Shown here one piece after another: positions 25,921-39,395 of a stretch of DNA of 64,000 bases (within the stretch, counting starts at the first letter, position 1; each line of letters starts with the position of its first letter). The DNA lies in contig NC_059427.1 of NCBI RefSeq assembly GCF_021028975.2, forward strand, positions 32,922,001 through 32,986,000. Reading direction: 5' to 3'. This DNA is from Sphaerodactylus townsendi. Taxonomy: Eukaryota. The notes below the pieces were generated by a model. The model was not told where the DNA came from. It was given only the letters and a program-made list of their open reading frames with translations, and did no database searches. Position numbers and translations under genes: made by a program.

Positions 25921-26155
25921 TGTTAAAGCAGCGGATACTCTGGAGTAGACCATGCAATGCAGAAACAACTGACAGACACACAGTCAACAGTGCAGAAGTT
26001 CTATTTATTGCTACAATTACCAAAGTGCTCCGCCAAACAACAGGTGTTTTCAGGCACACTCCTCTGTGTACTCTGTGCCCACTATAAACAAACAGGTATC
26101 AATCAGGTGCACGGGTCTTATCAGTGATACACACGTTACTACATTGCACACAACA
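25921..26155 (-). mobile_element. Probable solo LTR related to 6116-6400
   Basis: TG...CA ends, minus-strand AATAAA and shared 14-mer; possibly nested in another LTR-like sequence ending at ~26380. Confidence 0.4.
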
Positions 26156-27151
26156 CTGATTTTGCACTTGGCACGTGACTAGGGGTGGACACATCTGTCA
26201 TGTAGATTTTGCCCATCTACACATATCATTTTGACAGTCTCTGAAAGATATATTGGGGGTGCTTGGTTATACAGTTAGAATTGGCCTTTTTCCCCTCTGG
26301 CCAGCTGATGTCTGCCAATAAAGACTTCTAAACCATCAAGTTGCAGAGTCTGATTTGAGTTACAGACCTGGGCCTTGACATAGGCCCACTTTGTAAATCC
26401 TTATCCATTGCACAAGGTAGAAACATCTTTATTTTTCTTCTAAAATTATTAAATAGAAATTACAGATTCATATTATACTTATTCCCCCCTTTTGTTTTTT
26501 ATTTGTTGAATTTTCAGAAACCAACTCCTGGTGTGGATTTATGCATCAACTGTTGAATATATGTTTTTTGAAATGTTATGTTATTGACCACTGAGGAAGG
26601 CAGCAAGGGACAAAATGCATCGGATTTTGCTGGTCATTTGATATATCCATCAATTATAATAGCACTTGTGTTGTATATTTGTGTGATTTATGTGATTTAT
26701 GTGTGATATATATAAATCCAAAGTAAAAAAAAAGTTAGGATTTGGTTTTTAGAACCTCTGTTTTTAATTATCCATTTTTTATTTCTGTATAATGTGTACA
26801 CCAATTAAATATATTTTAATAAATTTTGAATTGTGGTTAGCTGGATCCTGTAGTAATAGTGGACAAGCTTGAAGCAATTTAAGACAGCTGCTCCTTTTCA
26901 CCTTGGGATGTTTTCTCATGTTGTCACCAAACTGAACAGCAGATCAAGCGTATGGATGAAACATGCGAAACCTGACAGCAGGCATGGCTATAATCACACC
27001 TGCCCACAACCTGACAGCAGGAGCAGAAAGAGGAATTATTTTGACTCAAATGGCAAGCAGGCATAACAGCAGCCCTCTTCAGACATTACATTCCTGACGC
27101 CGGGATCCTATGTACAGAATGGATGCACTAAATCCAGTCCTTCCAAGACAT

Positions 27152-27503
27152 CAGGACTAATAAAAGGAAACACTTCTTCACGCAACGTGTGATTGGTGTT
27201 TGGAATATGCTGCCACAGGAGGTGGTGATGGCCACTAACCTGGATAGCTTTAAAAGGGGCTTGGATAGATTTATGGAGGAGAAGTCGATGTATGGCTACC
27301 AATCTTGATCCTCTTTGATCTGAGATTGCAAATGCCTTAACAGACCAGGTGCTTGGGAGCAATAGCTGCAGAAGGCCATTGCTTTCACAACCTGCATGTG
27401 AGCTCCCAAAGGCACCTGGTGGGCCACTGCGAGTAGCAGAGAGCTGAACTAGATGGACTCTGGTCTGATCCAGCGGGCTTGTTGTTACGTTCTTATGTTC
27501 TTA
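27152..27503 (+). mobile_element. CR1 3' end, (TTCTTATG)n subfamily
   Basis: High identity to 29392-29750 (reverse complement) and to 61795-62106. Confidence 0.9.
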
Positions 27504-29391
27504 AGCAGTCGCTGTTCCTTCTGAAAAGAGCAACTTATGAGTTTTGTGGTTTGGCACACATGTTCCGAAGCTGGAATACAAGTGTATAGCTCCTTTCTGA
27601 AGAAACAGTGATTGCACATATTGGGAGAGCTGTGTGGAGCACATTCATCCCAGATGCAATTGTTGATCCAGCCATGTGCTCTCTCTCAACATAAAAGCTA
27701 TAAAACACCTAATCGTGGGTCACTCGGCAAACAACTCTTCCCTCTGTAGACACTGGACTTCTCGATGCCTTCTCAAGTTTAGTTGGCATTCCAGTTGCAA
27801 GATAAAAATCAATATGGAGCATCCCCATGAGATGACTCAACACTGTTTCCATGATTGACTGAATAATCTCTCCCGCTCCAGTGTAATCTAGAACCCATTC
27901 TTCTTCATAAGGCTATCAGAGTCAGAGGCATTGATTATGATGCTTGCCCATTTACCAGAGCATAATTTACCAGAGGGGAGTTATTTCTGGTAGACAGATA
28001 CGCTGTGTGTGATGAACAGTATGCACAGCTCCCTCAGAAAGAGACAGCCTCTTTATTGGTGACTTCTTCTCAGCTTCTGCTGATTCCCTCTCTAATTTCC
28101 CCTCATATTTATTATTATGGCAGTTGCTGAATGGCTGAGCCCTTAGGCCATCCCTAAGAATATGTTAGGAACATCTGCAGCATAAAAGTATAACGAGGAT
28201 GTTATTCACATACAAAACCATAGTCTGAGGTACTTTCCACTTGTTTTATTTGCTAATTAATCTGTGGAATCTTCCCAGAGTTTATTTTAAAATGTCTAAT
28301 TTATATACATAGACACACACAGAGCAGCAGAGCTTTAAGTACCCGGCGCATGTTTTTGGTACTATCAGATAACTGTTTTCATTTCATGTAAAGTATAAGA
28401 TTATAATGTGGTTTGTCTGTGTTTTCTTGGAAGCAGCTTTAAAAGGTACAATCACCACATGCAGCAACAAGATCCCTGCAGACCTGTAATAGCAATCCTC
28501 ACCTCTGACACTATTTGGTAGGTTGGTAGGGGAAAATGGCGGGAGGGGGGAAGAGAGTTGTTGTGAAAATTTCACAATGTCATTTGTGGCACAAACCTGG
28601 AAGGGACGTCAACACATTGGCATGATGCTCTAGCATCTCCTCCAAACTCTTTGACGAGGTGACATCACATCCGGAAGTGACGTCACGATGATGCCACAAT
28701 GCCATCCTCCTGTTCCCCCGTTCCCTGTTTTTCTGCTGGTTGTCAGACAATGACTATTTGTTACACAAACCTTATTCAGCAGTGACAAAGGTACCAATTG
28801 GTAGGCCTTTGATGTTAGCATACAATTTGTTTATTTAGTTCATTTGCATACATTTTTCCTCCTCAAAGTTGCTTACAATACTGTACAAGAACTGGCTTAC
28901 AATGTAAGAAAAGGCCAACAACTCAAAAACTACATTACAATAAAAAATGTAAGGTGCTTTCTTGGGCTTAGTGAGCCCCTGACCATCTTCTGCGGTCCCT
29001 GGAGTCTTCATCTATCCTCAGAATGGTGGCCAGACTTGCTGAGAAGAAGTTCTGGTTCCCCTAGCTACCGAATGTGGCTGCTTCTGACAAACCCTTCAGC
29101 CCATCCTCCCTGGCCATCTGGCATTTCCTTTTTTTTACCTCTCTGCTTTCCCAATTTCCTGCTCCACTCCTGATTCCTCTCAGCTGGTGGTGCTGTCCTA
29201 TGCTTCCCTATGACTTCCCTCTATTCTGCTCCTGTGCTCTTCCCTCCTTTCCTTGGTCCTTGTGCCACACCTTTTCCCCTGGCCTCCTCCAGTGTCCTTG
29301 ATGGCACTGATCTCTCCCTCACCATTTCTTCACAGCAAGCTGCCTTGGGACTGCAACCATTACACTACTCTTCAGCTCATGACTGTTGACT

Positions 29392-30955
29392 TAAGAACAT
29401 AAGAACATAAGAACAAGCCAGCTGGATCAGACCAGAGTCCATCTAGTCCAGCATTCTGCTACTCGCAGTGGCCCACCAGGTGCCTTTGGGAGCTCACATG
29501 CAGGAGGTGAACGCAATGGCCTTCTGCGGCTGTTGCTCCCGAGCACCTGGACTGTTAAGGCATTTGCAATCTCAGATCAAGAGGATCAAGATTGGTAGCC
29601 ATAGATAGACTTCTCCTCCATAAATCTGTCCAAGCCCCTTTTAAAGCTATCCAGGTTAGTGGCCATCACCACCTCCTGTGGCAGCATATTCCAAACACCA
29701 ATCACACGTTGCATGAATAAGTTTCCTTTTATTAGTCCTAATTCTTCCCCCCAGCATTTTCGATGAATGCCCCCTGGTTCTAGTATTGTGAGAAAGAGAG
29801 AAAAATTTCTCTGTCAACATTTTCTACCCCAGGCATAATTTTATAGACTTCAATCATATCCCCCCTCAGTCGTCTCCTCTCCAAACTAAAGAGTCCCAAA
29901 CGCTGCAGCCTCTCCTCATAGGGAAGGTGCTCCAGTCCCTCAATCATCCTTGTTGCCCTTCTCTGCACTTTTTCTATCTCCTTAATATCTTTTTTGAGAT
30001 GCGGCGACCAGAACTGGACAGAGTACTCCAAGTGCGGTCGCACCACTGCTTTATATAAGGGCATGACAATCTTTGCAGTTTTATTCTCAATTCCTTTCCT
30101 AATGATCCCCAGCATAGAGTTTGCCTTTTTCACAGCTGCCATGCATTGAGTTGACATTCCCATGGAACTATCAACTAAGACGCCCAAATCCCTTTCCTGG
30201 TCTGTGACTGATAGCACTGACCCTTGTAGCTTGTATGTGGATTTTTTGCCCCTTTGTTTTTTTTTGCCCCTTGGATTTTTTGCCCCTATGTGCATCACTT
30301 TGCATTTTGCTACATTGAACTGCATTTGCCATTTCTTAGCCCACTCACCTAATTTATCAAGGTCCGCTTGGAGCTCTTCGCAATCATTTGTGGTTCTCAC
30401 CACCCTACATAATTTGGTATCATCTGCAAACTTGGCCACCACTGCTACATCTCCACAGCCCCAATCTCTACTTCCAGGTCATTTATGGTAATACCAGGTT
30501 GCCAAAGTTAGCGACTGGTCCCAAAACGCATCCCTGGGGACAACCAATTCCCTACATCTCTCCATTGTGAGAACTTCCCATTTACACCCACTCTTTGCTT
30601 CCTGTTTCTTAACCAGTTTTTAATCCATAGGAGGACTTCCCCTCTTATTCCTTGACTGCTGAGTTTTCTCAATAGTCTCTGGTGAGGAACTTTGTCAAAA
30701 GCCTTTTGGAAATCCAAGTAGACAATGTCCACTGGTTCCCCCTTATCCACATGCCTGTTTATACCCTCAAAGAACTCTAGTAAGTTTGTAAGACAGGATT
30801 TGCCTCTGCAAAAGCCATGCTGACTCTTTCTCAGCAGGTCTTGCTTTTCTACATGTTTAATAATTTTATCTTTAATTATAGATTCTACTAATTTACCAGG
30901 ACAGATGTCAAACTGACTGGCCTGTAATTTCCCGGGTCCCTCCTAGATCCTTTCT
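29392..30955 (-). mobile_element. Young CR1 LINE, 5'-truncated (~1.56 kb)
   Basis: ORFs 30508-30750 (YLDFQKAFDKVPHQRLL) and 29780-30442 (VAKFADDTKL...RPHLEYSVQFWSP); (TTCTTATG)n tail. Confidence 0.95.
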
Positions 30956-31020
30956 TGTGCTCATATATTCTTGTGCTCATATGTTCTTGTGCTCATATAG
31001 ACTTGTGCTCATATATTCTT
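30953..31020. repeat. 16-bp tandem repeat x4 at the CR1 5' junction
   Basis: (ttcttgtgctcatata) units. Confidence 0.9.
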
Positions 31021-32264
31021 CTAAAGGTGTTTGTTTCTTGCCATTGGACTTATCACTATCAATATTGTAGCAGGAGTATGGACTCAAAACCAGGCCAAGC
31101 AAGACTGAAGCAGAATCTCTTCCCCTAATTCTTCTGGACTTGACTCGTAGTTCTAATGTCAGTTGAGCGAATTTCCATTTTGTGCCAGCTGAAAGCAGAT
31201 TGCCTTTTGTTCCCTGCAGTGTGGTGGATCTACCTTTGCCCACGTTTGTAACGAAAAGCAATGTGATATGCACTGACACAGAAGCCGGCCAAACTGCTAT
31301 TTTTCCATATTGACCTTTCATTTACCCATTTTATGTTGCATTTCCCAATCAGTGTGGTCTTGGCAGTGCCATCAATACAGGCATTAGAAGACTGGAAAAT
31401 GATACCCAATTAGAAGCACTCAAAATATTTCTTAATTTTCTTTATGTATTCTCCCCCATCTCTTTTCTGGACTGTTCACTCTCCTCTTGCCCTCCTTCCT
31501 AAGCTCAGTGCTTACAGTGAAAACAAGTGCTCTGCTCTGATTAACATTATCAATGTATTCCTTTGCATGCCAAAAGCAAAGTATTAGTTAGGAAGAAAAC
31601 ATAAATACATAATAAACAGATCTGTACCATCATTACAGAACTAAAATAGCAGTTCTGAAAGTAGCATTATTGTGAAAAATGACCTGGTTGCACTCATAGG
31701 CTATTTGCAGCAATATAATGTAAGTCAGATAAATTGGTGCACAGGAGTATGACATTTCAAAAGCAGGGAAGTACACCCTCCCCCATAACACCATTTTTTT
31801 TGTAATTCTGCCAGCCATTTTCAAAGCAATTCCTCTATGTCCAGGCAGCTCAATTAGAACACCACAATTGGCATCCGAAAGGCTCAGATCTAAGCGGCCC
31901 CAAGAAGCCGGCGAAATTTAATAAATGACAGCGTGGTCCCAGTTCTCAAGGTGCTGATCAATGACCTGTGATTCAATTAATCCTTTTTTGGAGGGGGAAA
32001 AAAAGAACAATCCTATTGGCTTCTTGTATGGTAAGATCTCAGCAATAAAATCTTGGTACTAAGAGATGTGTGTTTTCTGGATAAAAAAATGTCTTGCAGA
32101 AATGCGAGTGTAACAAAATAAAAAGGTGTCTTGGTCCATTAAGTAGTTCCACAGGCATTGACAACATGATGATACCTACTGACAGAAGTTTGCTCGTTCC
32201 TGAAGACAGATGTAAGGGCATATTTTGAAACGTTCTCCTCGATTGCTCAGCCACCGTTACTCAC

Positions 32265-32375
32265 AATACCGAACAATCCTGCTTATGACAAGAGTCCAGA
32301 GGACATTGTAAACCTTTCGAGAAACAACATTCAAAATATGAACGCCACATGCTGATGTAAGGTTACTCTCTGAGC
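32265..32375 (-). CDS. Candidate 111-nt exon (phase 1-1)
   Basis: Acceptor CTTTTTCACTTTCTTTTCTAACAG|, donor |GTGAGT; single open frame SESNLTSACGVHILNVVSRKVYNVLWTLVISRIVRY; unique sequence. Confidence 0.4.
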
Positions 32376-32528
32376 CTGTTAGAAAAGAAAGTGAAAAAGC
32401 AAAATACTGGATGAACAAGGGGTTTTCTGGGAGGGAGGAGAGGGGAGGTGGGGAGAAAAAAAAATTAGCTCCTTGTTGTCTTTTCCTTGAAACGTACACA
32501 CATCTAATTCTTAAGTCAGTGAATCAGG

Positions 32529-32669
32529 GGCCCCTTCCACACACGCAAAATAATGTGTTTTCAAACCACTTTCACAACTGTTTGCAAGTGGATTTTGCCA
32601 TTCCACACAGCTTCAAAGAGCACTGAAAGCAGTTTGAAAGTGCATAATTCTGCATGTGCGGAATGAGCC
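32529..32669 (-). mobile_element. Harbinger MITE, 141-bp family
   Basis: Reverse complement of 20835-20975; TSD AGG. Confidence 0.9.
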
Positions 32670-33021
32670 AGGGTGACATAGAGGTTAGAGTTTGGGCCTG
32701 GATCCAGGCCTGGGGTGACCCATGTTCAAATTCCTGCCCATGATGGGAAAAACTCATAGGGTGACTTTGGGCTGTCACTCTCTCTCATCCTAACCTGCTT
32801 CACAAGGTTGCCGTGATGAGAACATGGAGAAGGGAGAACCATGAAGTCCCTAGAGAAAGGTTGTAAATGTATAGCCCATATGAGAGTCACCATAGATATG
32901 ATGTGTGAGCTCTTGATTTTCACTGGAAAAGAGTCATAGTGGGCATATATAGCAGAGGAAAAGCAGGTGATTTTCTTAAGGAAGTGGCACTAATGGAAGA
33001 AATCTTTTACTCTAACAGACA

Positions 33022-33228
33022 GACAGCATGATAGAGTGGTTAGAGTGTCAGACTAGAATCTGGGAGCCCCTGGTTCAAATCTCCTACTCTGCCAGGGAAT
33101 CCTGCTGGGTGACCTCGGGTCACTCACACCCTCCTTACAAGCTTAACTGATTCATAGGGTTGTTGTGATGTAAGCCTCTTTGGGTCCTCACTGCGGAGAA
33201 AGGCAGGGAATAAATGAAGTAGATAATT
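33022..33228 (+). mobile_element. Squam3-like SINE, diverged
   Basis: gtggttagagtgtcagactagaatctgggagcccctggttcaaatctc head and ggcagggaataaatgaag tail. Confidence 0.7.
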
Positions 33229-34103
33229 AAACAAACCCGTTTCCCTTGCGATTCCCTGCTTAATTCCTCTCAGATTTCTGAGGAGGCTGACAATGATCAT
33301 TTGACTTAAAATAATTCATTCAAAAGCATCAAAATATCCATAACCACCCACAATCAGTAAGAGGAGGCGGGAGAGGGATAACGGAACCAAATCTTGGGAG
33401 ACCAGAAACATACTGAAGCTCCAAAAGCTGGTGCCCGAAAAAAGGCCTATAGTATACCACAACCGAAGTAGAAGCTGAGAAGACAGAACAGCCTCAAGCA
33501 GGTCATTGCAAAGGCAGCATGTGGTGTTTTAAATAAATAAATAAGATGCAGATGTTAGTGGCATGCTTCAGATAGTGGCTGCGTGCACTTCAGGATTTCT
33601 GAAGGCAGCTGAAATTGCCAAATAGGTTCAAGCAAGCAGTCTCCCTAAATTGCTCTCCTGAAAGTGTGACAAGCCCTGATGTGGAAAGAAAATGCCCCCC
33701 CCCCCCCCCGGACTGCCTAGAATCACTTTCCTCATCAAATTAGCCATCATGATGGAAAATTAAAACAAGAGATCCAGTCCCAGCCCTCTTGGGGCCATGT
33801 CTGTTATGCTGCTGAGGAACAACTATATTGACCCTAAGAGAACAACATATTCCTGTTCACGCATTTGCTTATGGCTGGTCTAAACATGCAACAAAATAAA
33901 GTGGTAATGAGGTGGCCAAGCGCCCAGGTAGTAGAATGAATCACAGCACTTCGCACTGCAAGGCAGGGATTGCATTTTTCAAAAACCTCATACCATAATA
34001 AGTTGTAAAAAAACTGGCAAAGAATGTGAAGGGCTAGACTAGAATCTTTCCCCCATGGGCTACTTTTTTTTTGTAACCAGGAGATTTTACATGGGAACAT
34101 CAA

Positions 34104-34404
34104 AAGAAGAAAAGAGAAGAATTTGGATTTATATCCCACTTTTTTCAACTGTAAGAAGTCTCAAAGCAGCTTACAAACTTCTTCCCCTTCCCACAACAGA
34201 CACCTTGTGAGGTAGGTGGGACTAAGAGAGTTCTCAGAAAACCGTGACTAGTCCAAGGTCACCCAGCAGGTCTCATGTGTAGAAGCAAGGAACCAAACCC
34301 AGTTCACCAGATAAGAATCTGTTGCTCATGTGGAGGAGTGGGGAATCAAACCCAGTTCTCCAGATTAAAGTCCATCACTCTTAACCACTACACCATGCTG
34401 GCTG
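34104..34404 (-). mobile_element. Squam3-like SINE
   Basis: Homologous to 8378-8835. Confidence 0.85.
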
Positions 34405-34438
34405 TCAAGTGTTAATCCTACCTATAAAAATGTGGTTA

Positions 34439-34738
34439 AGAAGAAGAAGAGTTTGGATTTATTTCCCCCCTTTCTCTCCTGTAGGAGACTCAAAGGGGCT
34501 TACAATCTCCTTTCCCTTTCCCCCTCACAACAAACACCCTGTGAGGTAGGTGGGGATGAGAGAGCTCCGAGAAGCTGTGACTAGCCCAAGGTCACCCAGC
34601 TGGCATGTGTGGGAATGTACAGGCTAATCTGAATTCCCCAGATAAGCCTCCACAGCTGAGGCAGCAGAGCGGAGAATCAAACCCGGTTCCTCCAGATTAG
34701 ATACACGAGCTCTTAACCTCCTACGCCACTGCTGCTCC
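34439..34738 (-). mobile_element. Squam3-like SINE
   Basis: Near-identical to 515-805; (TTC)n tail. Confidence 0.88.
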
Positions 34739-37700
34739 TACCTGCAAAGTGGTACAGCCCATTTTATCACCTCAAGGTTTTACCACTGCATTCTGCTGTA
34801 TACTGAGACTTCACAAAGTTACATTTATGAATTGCATAAAGGCTGAGAATTACTTATAATAAGACAAAAAATTGTAGCTTTTGGAAACAAAAGATGCAAG
34901 TACAGATGGACTATCAAAAGCAAATGAAACTGAGCAATGCCCTTCTTTTAAATATTCTGGCATAGTCTATCATGCATCCTTGTTCCGGCAGGCGCCCCTT
35001 AATACGAACTCATCAACAGCTCACCTTTCAGTGGAGTTATTTTAAAACTTTTTTACTCAAAGGGTGGACAGCTCATTGCCTCAGCTATTAAAGCATTTCA
35101 GGGCAAAGTCATCACACAGCTTTTGTTTGGGGCTAAAATTTGGGGATGGCATGAGAAAATTCTTGCTCAGTTCAAAATAATTCAAAACACCTTCTTAAGG
35201 AAAATCCCCAGGGTACTCCTGCTGCATTTCTGAGGCTAGAAGTTGGTCTCCCTTCTATTACCACAAGAGCCCATTTGAAATCATTAAAGTATTATAGGAA
35301 ACTTGACAGCATCAGCAAAGACTATCTGGTAAAATATAGTTTCTAGCACTTCAAAGAAGGGAACCAATAGTCTAAATTACTGTCTCCAACTCTGCAGTTC
35401 TGTTCCCTGACTTCCATAAAAGTGGTGAAGCTTTGGGATTTAAAAGAAATCTGTAAATGGAAAAGATGCCCTTCATGATATTAGTGTGGCTTGTCAATCA
35501 TTTTTTTTGTGGTATACTTGGTTTAAGAAATAAATTCTTCTCCCATTACTTAGCCAATCTCACCAATGCCTCATTAAGAAAAGCCGTCTTCAGCAAACAT
35601 CTTCAGACCATGCCATCTAAGTTCTTACAGGACAGATCCCCCAAAACACCTCCGGAGTAATATCTTTGCCCCTGTGGTTGAAGATATTGTCCACTATGTT
35701 TTATAATGCTATGTGCCCATCTGCCATAAACTGCCAAGCCAATTGCTGGCAATTTCTTTTTCTTCTAATGAAAATGCATTAGCTTTTTATTGTCTGATAC
35801 TATCCCACTGGTAACTTTTAAAGTGACTACTTTCTTCTTTTTAGCAATTAATGAAAGGAAGAAATCAGTACCTATTAATTCTGTGAGAATCCTAGTCAAA
35901 ACGTGATGTTTTAATATTCATGGATTGCTGATTTGTTTTGTGGGTTTTATTTGCTTTGTTCACTGTTTGTAATACGTTCGTATTAACTGTTTGTAATATG
36001 CACTGTGTAATGTATTTGTTTAATGATGTTACGACCTATTGGCTGCAACAGTAACTAAATGACTGACTGACAGTAATTTGTATGCTCATCTTGATTTTCA
36101 CATTATTTCTTTTTGAGATGGTTAAGATACCATAAGGTAATTTTATTTTATCACTTTTGTGTTGTTATAACGAAATGCTCTTTCACATGGTGACAGATGA
36201 CATTTATTTTATCAGGGCAGCACAAGGATTTTAAGAGCTTCCCCTCACATGGTCTAAAATATGAACTTTGTTTATGGAAAAGTACATTAAAATGACAGTG
36301 TGTGAAACAGATATGCAACTTCACTTTGTGGTGACTTCCCAATGGCAGAAAGCAATAAAAAGTGGGCCTCAGAACTATGGCGGTGTTTCTACTGCATGTT
36401 CTACTCCACTTCTAAACATAAATAATGAATTTTAGTGTCCATCCTAATAAGACAACCTAACAAGAACTGCCCTTCAGTCTCATGTGTGTATGCGTTCTTG
36501 TTGACCAGTGCAGTGCTGCGTGAGTAGACAGCAGGTAATGGAATCCATGCCCTAGCCACCATTTTGTTTCCTAATGGGTCCCAGAGTTCCGTTAGGAAAC
36601 AAACTTGAACATCTGGAAACATCCAGAGTACATCCAGTCTAAACTCCTGTACCTCCAGTTTACTCAATGATTCAAAACTCACTTAAAAAAAACTATAATC
36701 TACCACCAGTTGAAATTTCACTTTTTATTACTCTTCTTATTTGGAAACCCAAAGACACCCCAATATTATGTGGGCTAAGAATCTGGTGCTTGTGACTGTG
36801 ACTGACCATACCATGGATGTGGGTAGGTAGAGCATTAAACAATTTTCTAAAGAAGGAAATCAGCATGTAAATTGTACTAACAGGTTAAAAGAGAAAATAT
36901 CTACAATGACAAAGGAGTAATAATTAAAACAAAGCAAACATTCTCCATCACTGTCTAATGAGAATTAAGTTCTCAATTTGCAGTAGTGGCATGTGAATCT
37001 GTTTGGAAGAAAGATCCAATGTGTTTTCACTTTACAAATGAAAACAGGGGTCAGTATCTGGATAAATAAGTGGTTTCAATCACACATTCAGCTATAGATG
37101 CAATGCATGCAACATGAGAATTAGTCAACACACATACTGAGGAAATATCAAGCGTACCCAATACACAGATTGTACATACATTCACTGTAAATTGAGAAAT
37201 GGGATTAGGTCACACAACCCTTATCTTCTTCTTTCTTTGCTTGAAGCATGGCTCTAAATACGTTTCTTTAGCACACAGCAACAAGGAGCAGGAAACAGGA
37301 AATGATGCCAAAGCAGTTGTGTGGCAGCTTGGTCCTTTCTGGGCGTTGCCCAGTCAGGGGGAGCTGAGACGGATGGAAGTAGCAAGCAACTGGCAAGGGG
37401 CCCCCTTCCCCGTTCATAGCAAGGAAGTCCCAATAGAAACATAAGGTCCTGTATTTGCTCAAGCCCAGACTTACAGCTTGTTTCTGGGCAGGGGGATTGC
37501 TCCACAACCTTTGCCTGGTTACCTAGTTTCCTCACCTGTCAAGCATCATTGGGTTCTTGCCTGTTCCCATGGGCTCCCAACTCCTGGCCAATCTTTGCTC
37601 AAGACCACCCTGCTCAAAACCACGGAAAGGACCTAGGTCTTCTATGCCACACTGACCTTTCCAACCCAATGGGATTTCTTCTATTATCTGGGTCACTATC

Positions 37701-37839
37701 TGGGCCCAGCAGGCATGATCTCCCAAGCCAGTGCTCCTCCAGCCACACCCTGGCAATGGGTTTGGCCCTTCCAGAAGCCTCTACATCGGTCCTTGCCTCA
37801 CCTGCTGTGATGTCTCCCTATGTGGCAAAGGCTGACTGA

Positions 37840-38505
37840 GGGTGTTTCCGCACTACAAAAGGGAGTGAAGGTCGACTCGGTTCCCTTCAATGGGGGGTGA
37901 TTCCTGGCTGTCCGCACAGCAACTTCCTTGGCCCCCTGGAACTGAGCTAAGTGGGCGGGTACCTGTTTCGCTCCTCGATCGTGATTGGCGCTTGTGTTAC
38001 GGAGGGAAACGGGAACGCTCTTTGTGTTTTTTTTGCAGTTCTCAGTACGTCGCAGCTAATGTTAATACTGACACTCTGTACTACTTCCGGCGCAGTCGGA
38101 GCTACGAAGTTTTGGCGCCAACATTTTTCCAGTCAGTGATTTCTCCTCGTCACTTTGAAACGATCTCGATATCGTAGCTTCGAAACGTGAGGGAAACTGT
38201 ATAAAAAAAGCCGCGCTCTCTGCCCGTCACGACTCTCCCGTTCTGCACATGCGAACAAAGCGGCTCCTGATTGGTTGAATGGATGCGGTGTCGTTTCGAT
38301 GCGTCCGCATTTCGAAGCTTTCGGCTGATATCGTAACGCCTTGTTCCACCAGCGAAGTCAGCCAGTTCATAATCGCGACAGAGGATGTAATGCGGTTCCG
38401 AAGGGGGGAACAGAGACAAGACAACGTCGAGCTCGGTTGTAGTGCGGATACACTGAGTTGAACCTGAGTAGAAACCGGTACAACACAGTAAGTGCGGAAG
38501 GTCCC
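37840..38505. mobile_element. Harbinger MITE, 666 bp, CpG-rich
   Basis: GGGTGTTTCCGCACT...AGTGCGGAAGGTCCC; TSD TGA (37837-37839, 38506-38508). Confidence 0.85.
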
Positions 38506-39229
38506 TGAGTTTATCCTATACTAGCCAATGGAAGAAAGGGTCAAAACATCCATTTACAAGGAACAGTGAAAAGATATGAAACTTTATGCATCAAAAAGTG
38601 ACGTTGGATTGAAGCATCCAAGGAATACTGGGCCATTAATCTGATGTCAGAAGGACATTGAAAATCTCAGTGTTCTGTAGTAAACTGGGATTCAGTCTCT
38701 ACTTTGGCCAGATCAAAAAAGGTTCTCCTAAAGTGTTCTGCAAAAAAGAAGTTTTAAGTCTGTTGCATTATCATGTTCAACACAAAAGGAATTTCCACAT
38801 TTACTTGCCGGTAAACAAGTTCTGTACAAACAGAAGGGGGGAGGGGAATTTGGCGAAATGGAGCCGACCAGTTACTAGGTTAATAAAATTTGGGGTTTCT
38901 GACAGTTGTTTCAGAACGTAAAGAATCTGCTACATTCTCAGAAATCACTGCTTATTCAGTCTATTTATATGAGCAGTATAACATTAGGGAAGAGTATTTT
39001 TCTTAGCACAGAGTATAAGTGGCAAGCTAGCATAGGGGTCTCTACCTTTTTGAGTCCGTGAGCACTTTTGGAATTCTGAAATAGGGTTGTGGGTGTAAGA
39101 CTGAACACACTCAAATGCAGTTAAATTAAAGAAAATAACTTTATTGATTTGCGTCACCCTAAATACAGGGTGCTGGAACTGAGGATTCGTGTCCCCAGTT
39201 CCAGTATTTATTTTATTTCTGAACTCAAC

Positions 39230-39395
39230 AACAACCAATCAACTTTCTCCCCACGACCTGTCTTGGGCCTCTCATTGGCCATGAAGCTCCATTGGAATGT
39301 AGCTTCTCAATTTGTTTTCCCGCTCTGATTGGGAAAAGGCAGGAGCTGGTGCATGCTGGGAGTTGTAGTCCTGACAGTGGGTGCAACTACAAAAG
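39230..39395. promoter_or_regulatory. Cluster of four CCAAT boxes plus a ZNF143/THAP11-type motif
   Basis: CCAAT at 39235; ATTGG at 39274, 39291 and 39328; rc GGACTACAACTCCCAGCATGC at 39351-39371. Confidence 0.4.

Noticed and set aside
26590-26630. CCACTGAGGAAG / CCACTGAAGAAG hammerhead-like starts (also ~50742)
   Set aside because: Too degenerate; stems are not supportable.
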